DNA of 63,501 nt, taken from NCBI GenBank assembly GCA_027319905.1, contig DAHVMJ010000004.1, positions 1 to 63,501 of the forward strand. Reading direction: 5' to 3'. A program made the position numbers and the translations under genes. Origin of the DNA: Candidatus Micrarchaeota archaeon (GTDB lineage Archaea; Micrarchaeota; Micrarchaeia; Micrarchaeales; CABMGC01). The notes under the pieces were generated by a model. It was not told the origin of the DNA. It saw only the letters and a program-made list of their open reading frames with translations, and did no database searches. Shown piece by piece: positions 29,021-38,458 of the stretch (its first letter is position 1; every line of letters begins with the position of its first letter).

Positions 29021-30265
29021 TCACTTCACTACTACCTTGTCAGATACCTCAACCACACGGTCGACGCTGTATCTTACAGGATTACCGAAGCTGGTGTTTA
29101 TTATCAGCCCGCCGCGCTTTACGTCGACTCCGGCAACCTTGCCTATCATCGTGCCCAGCTCGTTGACCACAAGCTTGTTTTTCAGTCTCTTGGTGCGTAG
29201 CACGCGGACCCTCAGAAGGTTTGACACCACGGATATCGCAACTCCCGCCACTATCGCTGCCAGAGTGAATGAGAGGAACTGGCTGAAGTATATCTGTCCG
29301 AGAAGCCAGGCCATGAACGAGTACGCGAGCACCCAGACGATCACAGAAGAGCCTATGTAAACCCCGTACCTGAAGTTGCGGAAGATGTACCTGTTCGACT
29401 TGGTGTCTATTATCCTTCCTATCAGGTACAGGCCGAACATGAATGGCAGCAGAAGGAGAAAGCCTTCAACAGCATACGCTGTCGCGAAGCCGGTATCACC
29501 TGTTATCTTGAGTTGAGCAAGGTAGTTGCTCGCTCCTATGAAGACGCTGGCTATGAAGAAGACGAGCGCGCTGAGGTAGAAGACGAAGCTCATGCGTTCT
29601 ATGCTGAAGCCGAAGCCGCGGAACGAGCCTATCAGTATATCCTCTAGGCCGAAGCCCTTTATCAGCAGGTAGAGGCCCACGAGCCCCAGCGGCACCTGCC
29701 ACCCGAAACCCGCAGCGTAGCTTATCGCGAAAAGCAGAAAAAGTATTGCCGGTATGCCGAAGACTATCCTGGCATAGTGCGGTTCTTTCAGTTTCTCGAG
29801 CACAGCGACATAGGTGCTCTCAAGCGCCTTGTTCTGCTTCACAGCAACCATCTTCACGCTGTTTATCTTTATCCTAGACTCTATGATCGGAAGCACCTGC
29901 TCGTCGCTGGCTCCGTCGGTGATGAACATGCAAGAGTCAGCCTTGGTCTGGTCAATCACTCGTTCTATCTGCGATGCGACTTCGCGGCCTGCATTATAAC
30001 CCTCGCTTTCCGCGCCTGTTATCGTGGCTATGTTTACGGAGTAGCCTTCCTCCTTTAGCTCGTCATAGAGCTTGACCGCCTGGAACATGGTGTTCGCGTC
30101 TGTATCTTCCGGGTCTGCGAGAGCAAGCTGGGTTGCGCCGTTGAGGTTCTGCACCCTGCCGATCAGCGGCCCGCCTATCCTCGTCTTCCTGTACAGGTCA
30201 TTGTCGACGTCAACGACAAGGACAAGAAGGCGTTCCGACTTTTCAATCCCCCTTGATTTTGCCAT
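29021..30265 (-). CDS. DUF373-family membrane protein
   Basis: LVLVVDVDNDL, ADPEDTDAN, TDGASDE and VKQ..LESTY; multiple TM helices. Confidence 0.85.
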   Translation of the reverse strand: MAKSRGIEKSERLLVLVVDVDNDLYRKTRIGGPLIGRVQNLNGATQLALADPEDTDANTMFQAVKLYDELKEEGYSVNIATITGAESEGYNAGREVASQIERVIDQTKADSCMFITDGASDEQVLPIIESRIKINSVKMVAVKQNKALESTYVAVLEKLKEPHYARIVFGIPAILFLLFAISYAAGFGWQVPLGLVGLYLLIKGFGLEDILIGSFRGFGFSIERMSFVFYLSALVFFIASVFIGASNYLAQLKITGDTGFATAYAVEGFLLLLPFMFGLYLIGRIIDTKSNRYIFRNFRYGVYIGSSVIVWVLAYSFMAWLLGQIYFSQFLSFTLAAIVAGVAISVVSNLLRVRVLRTKRLKNKLVVNELGTMIGKVAGVDVKRGGLIINTSFGNPVRYSVDRVVEVSDKVVVK

Positions 30266-30438
30266 ACCTATAACCCTTGTGAATAGTAATATTTAAAACT
30301 GCACACAAGATACGGCTTAACGTCTATTTTTCCCGTTCCTGCTGCCTGCCAGCACCCTGCTGAACGGAGGGTGAAAACTTATATGAGCTTTATGTGTAAT
30401 TAGGCAGTTCCTGTAATGGCGAAACGTGCGGATTGTCA

Positions 30439-30948
30439 ATGAAAAGCGAGAGAGGGGACGGTGGAATTGGAGAGGTCAGCATAAACAGAAAGACAGGCGT
30501 GCCCACGTATCCGTTCACCGAAGTTTTCAAAGGCTTCGAGAAGGTCGATGCCGTGAAGGAGATATTCGGGAAGAGCACGAAGAGGACCCTGAACAATCTG
30601 AGGGTCTCGTTGTATAGGTCAAGACGCGGCGGCTATATGTGGATTGACGACAAGGCGGGATGCATCGTCTGCAACCTCGACTATTTGAGAAGCGCGAGCA
30701 AGACATACATATACCTGGATGTTATACACGAGCTGGTGCACATAAAGCAGCTGCACGCAGGCAGAGCTCTCTTCGACTCAAGATACCACTACCTCGACAG
30801 GCCCACAGAATTGGAGGCGTACAGGGTCGCCATCGACGAGGCAAGAAGAACGGGGATGGGGAAGAAGGAGCTGACGGAGTACTTGAAGGTGGAATGGGTC
30901 ACCAAAAAAGAGTTCGCCAGATTCCTCGGCCGTTTCGGTCTGCGCTGA
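30439..30948 (+). CDS. Putative zincin-like metalloprotein
   Basis: HELVH motif and downstream ELEAY. Confidence 0.6.
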   Translation: MKSERGDGGIGEVSINRKTGVPTYPFTEVFKGFEKVDAVKEIFGKSTKRTLNNLRVSLYRSRRGGYMWIDDKAGCIVCNLDYLRSASKTYIYLDVIHELVHIKQLHAGRALFDSRYHYLDRPTELEAYRVAIDEARRTGMGKKELTEYLKVEWVTKKEFARFLGRFGLR

Positions 30949-31004
30949 AATGCACGCTTCCATGTGAGTAAAAATAAATATCTTTAGAGGCAAGACATAC
31001 TCCT

Positions 31005-31661
31005 ATGCGCTACGATGGGTTTGAGTCTCTTCTCAGTGACAGCACATGGCGCAGAGGCATGCGCCACCTCGCTAAGAGCGACAAGAGGATGGCAAAGCTG
31101 GTCTCAGGGTTCGGGACGATAAAACGAGATTGGGGCTCTTCTGACCCGTACGAGTCCATACTAGAGTCGTTCATCTACCAGCAGATAGCAGGCTCAGCCG
31201 CAGATGCCATAGTCAAAAAGTTCAGGGGGCTTTATGGCGGAAGATTTCCAAAGCCTCGCGAGTTCTTGAGAACGCCTGAAAAGCGGGTAAGGGGCGCGGG
31301 CATATCCCCTCAGAAGTATTCATACATAAAGGACCTGTGCAAGCGGCTCGTCCGCAAGGAACTGGATCTCAAAACGCTTGGTGAACTACCCGACGAGGAG
31401 GTGATAGCAATCCTCGACGATGTAAGAGGCATAGGAAGATGGACCGCAGAGATGTTCCTCATATTCAGCCTCAGAAGGGTGGACGTTTTCCCTATGGACG
31501 ACCTGGGAATCCAGAACGCGGTGAAGAGAAACTACGGACTTAGGCGCCAGCCCAGTAAGGAAACGCTTCGGAAACTGTCCGATGGGTGGTCTCCTTACCG
31601 CTCAATCGCCACTCTTTACCTGTGGAGAAGCCAGGATCAGGCACTGCCGAACGAGAAATGA
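31005..31661 (+). CDS. alkA: DNA-3-methyladenine glycosylase II (HhH-GPD)
   Basis: IYQQ, RGIGRWTAEMFLIF, FPMDDLG and WSPYRS motifs. Confidence 0.93.
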   Translation: MRYDGFESLLSDSTWRRGMRHLAKSDKRMAKLVSGFGTIKRDWGSSDPYESILESFIYQQIAGSAADAIVKKFRGLYGGRFPKPREFLRTPEKRVRGAGISPQKYSYIKDLCKRLVRKELDLKTLGELPDEEVIAILDDVRGIGRWTAEMFLIFSLRRVDVFPMDDLGIQNAVKRNYGLRRQPSKETLRKLSDGWSPYRSIATLYLWRSQDQALPNEK

Positions 31662-31749
31662 TATTTAAGACGTCAAATCCGAAGCGAAACCGAAATATTC
31701 CAGAATCTATTTTAAAAGGTAGGGGCATAATATCTTCCGAGGTGCAGAC

Positions 31750-33378
31750 GTGACGAAAACATGGCAGACGAAAAAGAAAATATTGAAGTTGGTGTCCAAG
31801 AACGCTAAGACTCCCGGAGAGATAAGTGAGGTGCTCGGGCTTGCGCCATCTACAGTAAGCGAGCACATGGAGGAACTTGAAAGCATGGGGGCGGTAAAAC
31901 CGGTTGATAACCCATTCATAAAGAAATGGAAGTACTACAGAGCGAATCCAGATTTTGATGTTCAGAGCGTTTCAAGCATGAAGAGGATAAGCAACATACC
32001 CCAGATCGCAGCCGCGCTCGTCATCCTGTTGGGCATTGTGGCGTTTCTGGCGCTGGGTCTGCCGGGACTTGGAGCCGGGGGGGTCGGGCATTCTGTTGTG
32101 TTCTCACTGACCGACCCTCCCAGTGTGCCAAACGGCACACAGGCGCTAAACGTAACGTATTCCTCGCTTAGGGCTCACTATACTGCAGCAAACGGGACCG
32201 CTACATGGGTGAATGGAAGCGGTAGTGGCAGCCTCGATCTTATGAGTCTGATAAATGCGAGTCAGGTCATAGGTGTGGGCAGGGCACCCGCGAACTCTAT
32301 AATCAACCTGGTGAGTTTCACAATAACCTCAGCGTACATAGTGATTAATGGTACTGAACACAACGTGACCGTGCCCAGCGGTAGCCTAACTGTACCAATC
32401 ACCAGAAGCGGGGCCGTGACCACAAACTCTAGCGTACTGATAGATCTCAGCCCGGTGGTGGCCACGATCTACACCAACAACTCTGCAGTCTTTCTGCTTG
32501 TGCCCTCTGTGAGAGCGGTACTTGTGGGTAATGGGACGGTGAGCGGAAGGGTAGGAGAAAGGCACGCTATAACGCGGCATGAGCAGGAGGAACTGAACTC
32601 CACCGCACCGGAGATAACCATAAGTTCTGCCAGCTTCAGCGTTGTTAACAATTCTACTGTGAAGATACAAGCTACTGTCAAAGACAACGCAAACGTGAGC
32701 GTTGACCTCAGGCACGTGATACTCTACGGACTGCCTGCCGTCTTTGTGACTCCCGATACGAACGGCAGCGTGGGCGCAGAAATAGGCGCAAAACCTGCGT
32801 TCCTGAATGGAACTGTTGGCATGGGAGTGAACGCTGACGCTGGAGGAGAGAGCAAGGGTATAGGAACCAGAGAGGATTCGTTGATGATGAACAGAAGTGA
32901 AGGCGGTTCGGAAGTACCCGATGTGATAAACGGAGTCAACGTGCACGTCTTCGGGAACGAAGCGATCAACGCGACGACGCACATGCCGATGCTCAACGCG
33001 CGAGAGACTTCGGCGCTCAATAACCTCGTCTCGGTAGGGGCTGAAGCACGGTCATTCCGGGTGCTGAACTTCCTGGTGACTGCAAACGGCACTCTGGCTC
33101 TGCCGTTTTTGAGCAGCAGCTGTTCGTGCGCGGGCAGGATCTGCCCGATGAAGGACGCTGCTTCTATCGCTTGCATTGTTGAGGGAGAGGGCAACGCAAG
33201 CGCGCTGGGATACACGCTGGCGCCTGGGACTTCTGTGAACCTTACCTTCTCTGCGCCCATAGCCTACGCCAACAATCACATACAGATAACGCCTGTTGTC
33301 GGAAGCAAGTGGCAGCTCGTGGTCCAGGGAGACGCGGGAGCGAGGGCAACGACAAACGTTATGGTGACAAGCGGTTAG
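31750..33378 (+). CDS. ArsR-type HTH / transmembrane / DUF4382-like extracellular domain fusion protein
   Basis: TPGEISEVLGLAPSTVSEHMEEL HTH, one TM helix, then LTDPP.VP motif and N-x-S/T-rich beta domains. Confidence 0.75.
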   Translation: MTKTWQTKKKILKLVSKNAKTPGEISEVLGLAPSTVSEHMEELESMGAVKPVDNPFIKKWKYYRANPDFDVQSVSSMKRISNIPQIAAALVILLGIVAFLALGLPGLGAGGVGHSVVFSLTDPPSVPNGTQALNVTYSSLRAHYTAANGTATWVNGSGSGSLDLMSLINASQVIGVGRAPANSIINLVSFTITSAYIVINGTEHNVTVPSGSLTVPITRSGAVTTNSSVLIDLSPVVATIYTNNSAVFLLVPSVRAVLVGNGTVSGRVGERHAITRHEQEELNSTAPEITISSASFSVVNNSTVKIQATVKDNANVSVDLRHVILYGLPAVFVTPDTNGSVGAEIGAKPAFLNGTVGMGVNADAGGESKGIGTREDSLMMNRSEGGSEVPDVINGVNVHVFGNEAINATTHMPMLNARETSALNNLVSVGAEARSFRVLNFLVTANGTLALPFLSSSCSCAGRICPMKDAASIACIVEGEGNASALGYTLAPGTSVNLTFSAPIAYANNHIQITPVVGSKWQLVVQGDAGARATTNVMVTSG

Positions 33379-33452
33379 GCGCCGCTTGCCCGAAGACGTC
33401 ATCGAGCATCGTTTTAAATAATTTGTGAGAGAAGGTAGCAGGGGCAGAGGAT

Positions 33453-34103
33453 ATGGCATCATCAAATACAATATACTACATAGTCGGAGCTATTGTCGTG
33501 ATCGCAATAGTGGGATTTGTGGTGGCCGGAGGCTTTGCTGGAGGCTCAACCGTAGCGGTTCAGCTGACAGACCCTCCCAGCGTGCCGAGCGGAACTCAGC
33601 ACCTATTTGTAACCTACAGCTCTGTGCAGGTACATGTTTCTAGCACCGGCTCGGGTTCTGTGAACGCAAGCAACCAGTCAGGATGGGCGACGGCGCAGGG
33701 AAACGGCACGGTAGACCTTATGGCGCTGGTCAACACTTCGCAGACGTTGGCGAGTGCACACGTTGCAGCAAACTCAACTGTGAACCTGGTGAGATTCAGT
33801 ATAAGCAGCATCGCGATAGTGGTAAACAACAACACCTACAACGTCACAACGCCCAACAACGAACTGACCGTGACTGTAACTGGAGACCAGAAGATAAACG
33901 CCGGTTCTGCAGCCGTGCTCATTGATCTCTTCCCCACGGTGACTGCACGAGGGGGTGCTGGAGCCACCACGTACATGCTCGTGCCTGCGGCAAGAGCCGT
34001 TATACTAAACGCGGGAACAAACGTTACGGTGAACACGAACGTGGGCGGCGTGGCCAACGTGTCTGCGACGGCGAGAAGCAGACTGGGCCTGAACGTGGGC
34101 TAG
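33453..34103 (+). CDS. DUF4382-like membrane-anchored surface protein
   Basis: N-terminal TM; LTDPPSVP, VTYSS, DLM.L.N and VLIDL.P segments shared with the upstream gene. Confidence 0.75.
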   Translation: MASSNTIYYIVGAIVVIAIVGFVVAGGFAGGSTVAVQLTDPPSVPSGTQHLFVTYSSVQVHVSSTGSGSVNASNQSGWATAQGNGTVDLMALVNTSQTLASAHVAANSTVNLVRFSISSIAIVVNNNTYNVTTPNNELTVTVTGDQKINAGSAAVLIDLFPTVTARGGAGATTYMLVPAARAVILNAGTNVTVNTNVGGVANVSATARSRLGLNVG

Positions 34104-34173
34104 AAGCGCATCAGCGCTAAACGAGCCTGGAGAAATGCTTAATAATCGCTAGTTCTCATGCTACCACAATTCA

Positions 34174-34575
34174 ATGTCATTGGCGACCGCTCTCGGATTC
34201 AGAATAAATGAGACCCAACACGAAAAGCAGAGGTCTCCAAACAATATAGGAGACTGGATACCCGGCAAGCCCATAGAGATACGGATAAGCGCGATGAGAG
34301 ACAGGAGACACGTGGAGCTGGTGGCGGTTCACGAAATCGCAGAATACATGCTTTGCAAACTACTGAGGAGATCTGATGAGAAGGCAATCGCCTTTGATAT
34401 CAACTACAAAGGTGAATTCAAAGAGCCCGGAGACGACCCCCGTGCTCCTTACCATGCAGAACACGTAATGGCCACTTTTGTAGAAAGGATCTGGGCGCGG
34501 ATACGGGGAGTCAGTTGGTCGGACTACTCAAATGAGGTTGATGAGATCGTTTCGTCGCAGGTGCGCATCAACTAG
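34174..34575 (+). CDS. Hypothetical protein with HExxE motif
   Basis: VHEIAEYMLC and EPGDDPRAPYHAEH segments. Confidence 0.55.
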   Translation: MSLATALGFRINETQHEKQRSPNNIGDWIPGKPIEIRISAMRDRRHVELVAVHEIAEYMLCKLLRRSDEKAIAFDINYKGEFKEPGDDPRAPYHAEHVMATFVERIWARIRGVSWSDYSNEVDEIVSSQVRIN

Positions 34576-35210
34576 AAACCCAGCTTTTCCTTGACGAGTA
34601 TTACTTTTGTCCTTCCGGGCCTGTCACGCTCCAGAATAAGCACCTTGCCCACGTAGCTGCTCTCCCAACCATAAGCCTCATGCACGCGCCTACTCTCAAG
34701 CGGAAGAGCATACCCGTATATGCGCTCAAGGGCTTCGTCGAGATCCTTCACTATCTTATTGGTGCTAACCACTAGTATCACGTTCTGAGAATCGAAAGCG
34801 TACATAGATATCTGGCTGCCGCTGGCTGATGCGGACACCAACTGACCGCCTTCGGTTATCGCCTGCACGCTTCCGATTGCGTAAGGCGTACCCAGCGACT
34901 TGCGGCGCATGTTGTTCCTCTCCTCCGAATCGGTGATTCCGTACAGTCTCTTTCGCACAGAGTCATATCTGCCGCTCTCCTCTATCTCCGTGGTCACGCC
35001 TATCTCTTTCATCGTGGTTGATGACGCTTCCATAACCTCGGAGCCCTGGGGAATGAGATCCAGCACCTTTCTCTTTGCCTCGGCTCCGTCGCTGACTACG
35101 AAAACCTCAATGCCTCTTTTCACAAGGACCTCCGCGACTCTGTCTACTGTCGCGTCATCTGCAAGCGCCTCCCATCTCATAGTGTTCTCTTCCCCTTGTT
35201 TGCTTACCAT
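34572..35210 (-). CDS. LUD-domain (LutC/YkgG-like) protein
   Basis: S.T..EIG, SVQAITE.G.L..S.SGS and VSTNKIV.DL motifs. Confidence 0.8.
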   Translation of the reverse strand: MVSKQGEENTMRWEALADDATVDRVAEVLVKRGIEVFVVSDGAEAKRKVLDLIPQGSEVMEASSTTMKEIGVTTEIEESGRYDSVRKRLYGITDSEERNNMRRKSLGTPYAIGSVQAITEGGQLVSASASGSQISMYAFDSQNVILVVSTNKIVKDLDEALERIYGYALPLESRRVHEAYGWESSYVGKVLILERDRPGRTKVILVKEKLGF

Positions 35211-35263
35211 ACGGTACAATATGCACGCTGTGGTATATAAATATATAGGACGTCCTATATCTA

Positions 35264-36568
35264 TCAGAGGTAACCCCAGCTCAGCAGCATATCACTGTCC
35301 CTGCTCCATCTCTGCGCTATGTCAGAGCGGTAGAACATGTTGGGTATCATCACGTTGCTTACGTGAAGGTACGAATCCTTTATGGCGTCGGACATCGCCG
35401 CCCCCGATCCGGTTACAACAAGGGCGTACCCCGACTGGCCGGCTATGAACCAGTCGTCCTTGACCTTCTTTACCTCTCCTATGTGTATGCCGTCTATGTT
35501 CTGGCGCTTGAACAGTATTGCGGCGCCTTCGGAATACTTCTTGAACGCTTTCTGGTCTTCAAATGGGAATGGGGGTATCGCTATTACGATGCCGACCTGG
35601 AATCCTTTCTTTGATTTGAGCTGGATCTCCTCCTTTCCGTGGGCGAGGTCATAGATGAACTGCCCCCATTCGCTTGTTATGCCCTCCATCTGTATGCTTA
35701 TGGTTGGATAACCAAGCCTGGAAGTGAACTCCAGCGGCCAGATGCCTCTGCTGTTCGCGATGCAGTTGATGTCTATATAGCCCACGTAGCCGCTTGCCGC
35801 AATTTTCTCCTTCATCTTGAGCAGCGTCGCCTCGAAAATAGGGCTGCTCCTTGTCCAGTACATGTTGGTGCCCATCTCTCCTGTGCTCGGCCCGATCTCG
35901 TTTGGAAAGAGCTTCTTGTGCTCGAAATTCACGCACACGGGCATTGCGAACTCCTTGCCGTTGAAGAACGCTCCGACAGCGACCTCCACCCCTTCGGCAT
36001 ATTTCTGCAACAGGAATTTTTTCATCTTCTTCGACCATGTTTCTTTGTAGTGCTCGAGCACCTGAAGAACGTCCTTGCCGTCGGGCTCCTGCCCGACGAA
36101 TAGCAGCTCCTTCTCGTCCTGGATCTCGCCGCTCGGTTTAATCACGTATCTATCAGGATTCGCCTTGACAAACTTTATTGCTTCGTCAAATGATTCGAAA
36201 TTCTGCCCCGGCAGTATCGGGACGCCAGCGGCCTTCAGCTCTTGCTGGCCGAATTCCCTGTCGAACTCGAGGTTGTCGGTATATGCCGTGCCTCCAAATA
36301 CGAATTTGCCCTCTTTGCGCAACTGGTCTGCTTTGATGCCGAAGCCAACATCATCGAACAAAATAATATCGGCCCAGTCCTTATGTTTCTCCCATTCATC
36401 TACTTTTTCGAAGAATCCGTCCCCCACGTCCTTCTCTGGCTGATCATGGCAGTAGAACCTAACATCGTGCCCTTCCTTGGCCAGTTGCCACGCAAGATCA
36501 GCAGAGAGGGCCTCTTGCGTAACGAAGAGGAATTTGTACTTTGCTTTCTGGTCTCCGTTCTGAGCCAT
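35264..36568 (-). CDS. PurD-like ATP-grasp ligase
   Basis: LEFDR.FG, YVIKP, GVEVAV, FEHK, GPSTGEMG and LEFTSRLGYP motifs. Confidence 0.8.
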   Translation of the reverse strand: MAQNGDQKAKYKFLFVTQEALSADLAWQLAKEGHDVRFYCHDQPEKDVGDGFFEKVDEWEKHKDWADIILFDDVGFGIKADQLRKEGKFVFGGTAYTDNLEFDREFGQQELKAAGVPILPGQNFESFDEAIKFVKANPDRYVIKPSGEIQDEKELLFVGQEPDGKDVLQVLEHYKETWSKKMKKFLLQKYAEGVEVAVGAFFNGKEFAMPVCVNFEHKKLFPNEIGPSTGEMGTNMYWTRSSPIFEATLLKMKEKIAASGYVGYIDINCIANSRGIWPLEFTSRLGYPTISIQMEGITSEWGQFIYDLAHGKEEIQLKSKKGFQVGIVIAIPPFPFEDQKAFKKYSEGAAILFKRQNIDGIHIGEVKKVKDDWFIAGQSGYALVVTGSGAAMSDAIKDSYLHVSNVMIPNMFYRSDIAQRWSRDSDMLLSWGYL

Positions 36569-36636
36569 TGACTCTATGCAAAAGGTTCGACTCCAATTTA
36601 TTTATACTTTCTCTATTTTATGCGCTCAAGCCCTGC

Positions 36637-37287
36637 TCATCGTTTCTTCCTTACTATCCTGTAGTTGAAGTACTCGCCTGGCAACGCGTTGGAGAGCGAC
36701 GCGAACAGGAGCAGCAGGGCCTCTTGCCCTCTGGCCGACTTTATCCCTCCGAGGTCTATTATCGATTTCCAGCCGAAACTTTTGAGCAGCGCGGTCACCT
36801 TTGCTTTGGCTTCTGCGTCGTTGCCTGATATGAAAATGTCGTGCTCATCTGCCAGCAGTGATGGGTTGACCTGTATGTCGGTATTTACAGTGTTCAGCGC
36901 TTTGACCACCTTGACATTGGGAAACGCGCGCTGGACCTGCTCGCCCAGAGAATCTGTGTTGCTTACAGTGAGTTTTAGCTCCCCGGTCGAAAAGTCAAGC
37001 GGATTTGCTACGTCGACAAGTATCTTGTTGTTCAGGTTCTTCTCGCCTGCGGAACGCAGGGCATCAAGCGTGTGCTGGCCGTTTGTGCAGTTGAAGACAA
37101 TCTCTCCGAATGCGGCCGCATCGGCAAATGTGCCCTGTGAAGCTTTCGAGCCGTTCGCTTTTGCCCAGTCTGCTGCGCTTTTGTTGTCAGCCGTCCTGGA
37201 GCCCATCTTCACCTCGTGCCCCAGTTGCACGAGCTTTGTCGCAAGATTCTTTCCAACAGTTCCGGTACCTAATACTGCTATTTTCAT
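36637..37287 (-). CDS. NADP-dependent oxidoreductase, F420-reductase (F420_oxidored) family
   Basis: GTGTVG, GSR, VDVANP, VVKALNT and IDLG motifs. Confidence 0.88.
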   Translation of the reverse strand: MKIAVLGTGTVGKNLATKLVQLGHEVKMGSRTADNKSAADWAKANGSKASQGTFADAAAFGEIVFNCTNGQHTLDALRSAGEKNLNNKILVDVANPLDFSTGELKLTVSNTDSLGEQVQRAFPNVKVVKALNTVNTDIQVNPSLLADEHDIFISGNDAEAKAKVTALLKSFGWKSIIDLGGIKSARGQEALLLLFASLSNALPGEYFNYRIVRKKR

Positions 37288-37334
37288 ATTGTCCCCATCT
37301 ATTGTACGCCTAAAAATATTTAAGCTAGAAAGAT

Positions 37335-37352
37335 GACTGGGCCCGCCGAGAG
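37335..37352. repeat. att direct repeat, distal copy (GACTGGGCCCGCCGAGAG)
   Basis: Identical to 40858-40875. Confidence 0.95.
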
Positions 37353-37360
37353 CAGCACAG

Positions 37361-37564
37361 AGGCTCGCAGGCTGTTGGCAGCCTGCTCGCCCGCACCGCA
37401 TCCCACAAGGACAAGCTACTTCTCGCACCCCAGCTTTATCTCACTTTCGACTGCGAGCGAGGGCTTCCCAAGAAGCCCGAAGCGAGCAAGCGCATTGTCG
37501 GGCGGGTCATTGGCTTGGCAAGGCAGGATGGGTCTTTGCCCCTCCATAGCAGCGACATCCGAAC
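37361..37564. repeat. 204-bp att-proximal module, copy A
   Basis: Ungapped alignment to 54715-54918, about 35 mismatches by hand count. Confidence 0.92.
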
Positions 37565-38453
37565 ACATTTCGAGGTTCTGCCCGTGAGAGCCCACGAAAG
37601 CCACGTAGAGCTGCTGGCAAGCCCAGCGTTCGTTCATCAGCGCATACCAGAACCCGCAACCAAGCCCAAAGACTACATGCGGGAGCAACTACCGCTGATG
37701 GCCAAGTGGGAGATTGAGGAGCTTAGGAGCGAGATCAAGCAGCATTATCTCAGCAGGTTCAAGAGGCCCAGAATCGCCAAGTACGGAACGCTAAACAAGG
37801 GTTTCGAGGAGCAGGAGCTTAGGGTATTCCTAGCGCACATAGACAACGAGAAGCATCGCTTGCTATTCGAGTTTATGGCTAATCTGGGCTTGCGGGTGGG
37901 CGAGGCGGTGAGGGTTAATATCAAGGACATAAAGCCAGAGAGCAGGGAGCTTATCGTTTATACTGAGAAAGCTAGGCAGCCCGACAGCCTGCGCATACCT
38001 CTCCCGCTATTCAAGGAGACGCTAGACTTCATACATGCGCATACGCAAGAGATAGAGCAGCACGAGGGCTATATCTTCTTCAAGGACTTCAAGTACAGCA
38101 AGCATGGTTGCAACCACCTCGACCTTAACTATGTGCGAAACATCTTCAGGGAGTACATAACTGACGCTGGGCTCGATGAGACCTATGATGTGAGCGAAGA
38201 GCGCAATAGCAGAACGCCAAGACGCTTGCATCGCCTAACCACGCATTCGCTAAGACATTATGCTATAACCCGCTTTGCGAGGAGCACGAACGGCAATGTG
38301 GTGCTCACAGCACACTTCGCTCGGCACAGGAATCCGAGCACTACGAACACTTACATCGCATTGGACAAGAAAGAGCTTTATGATGTGATTGATGCGATTT
38401 CTGTGAATGAAGCGATATTGCTTAAAAAGAAAATTAGCGAAGAAAAAATCTAA
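37515..38453 (+). CDS. Tyrosine recombinase/integrase (frame open upstream through the att site)
   Basis: GLRVGEA (R), HSLRH (HxxR), ARH and TNTY catalytic motifs. Confidence 0.93.
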   Translation: MARQDGSLPLHSSDIRTHFEVLPVRAHESHVELLASPAFVHQRIPEPATKPKDYMREQLPLMAKWEIEELRSEIKQHYLSRFKRPRIAKYGTLNKGFEEQELRVFLAHIDNEKHRLLFEFMANLGLRVGEAVRVNIKDIKPESRELIVYTEKARQPDSLRIPLPLFKETLDFIHAHTQEIEQHEGYIFFKDFKYSKHGCNHLDLNYVRNIFREYITDAGLDETYDVSEERNSRTPRRLHRLTTHSLRHYAITRFARSTNGNVVLTAHFARHRNPSTTNTYIALDKKELYDVIDAISVNEAILLKKKISEEKI

Positions 38454-38458
38454 GATAA

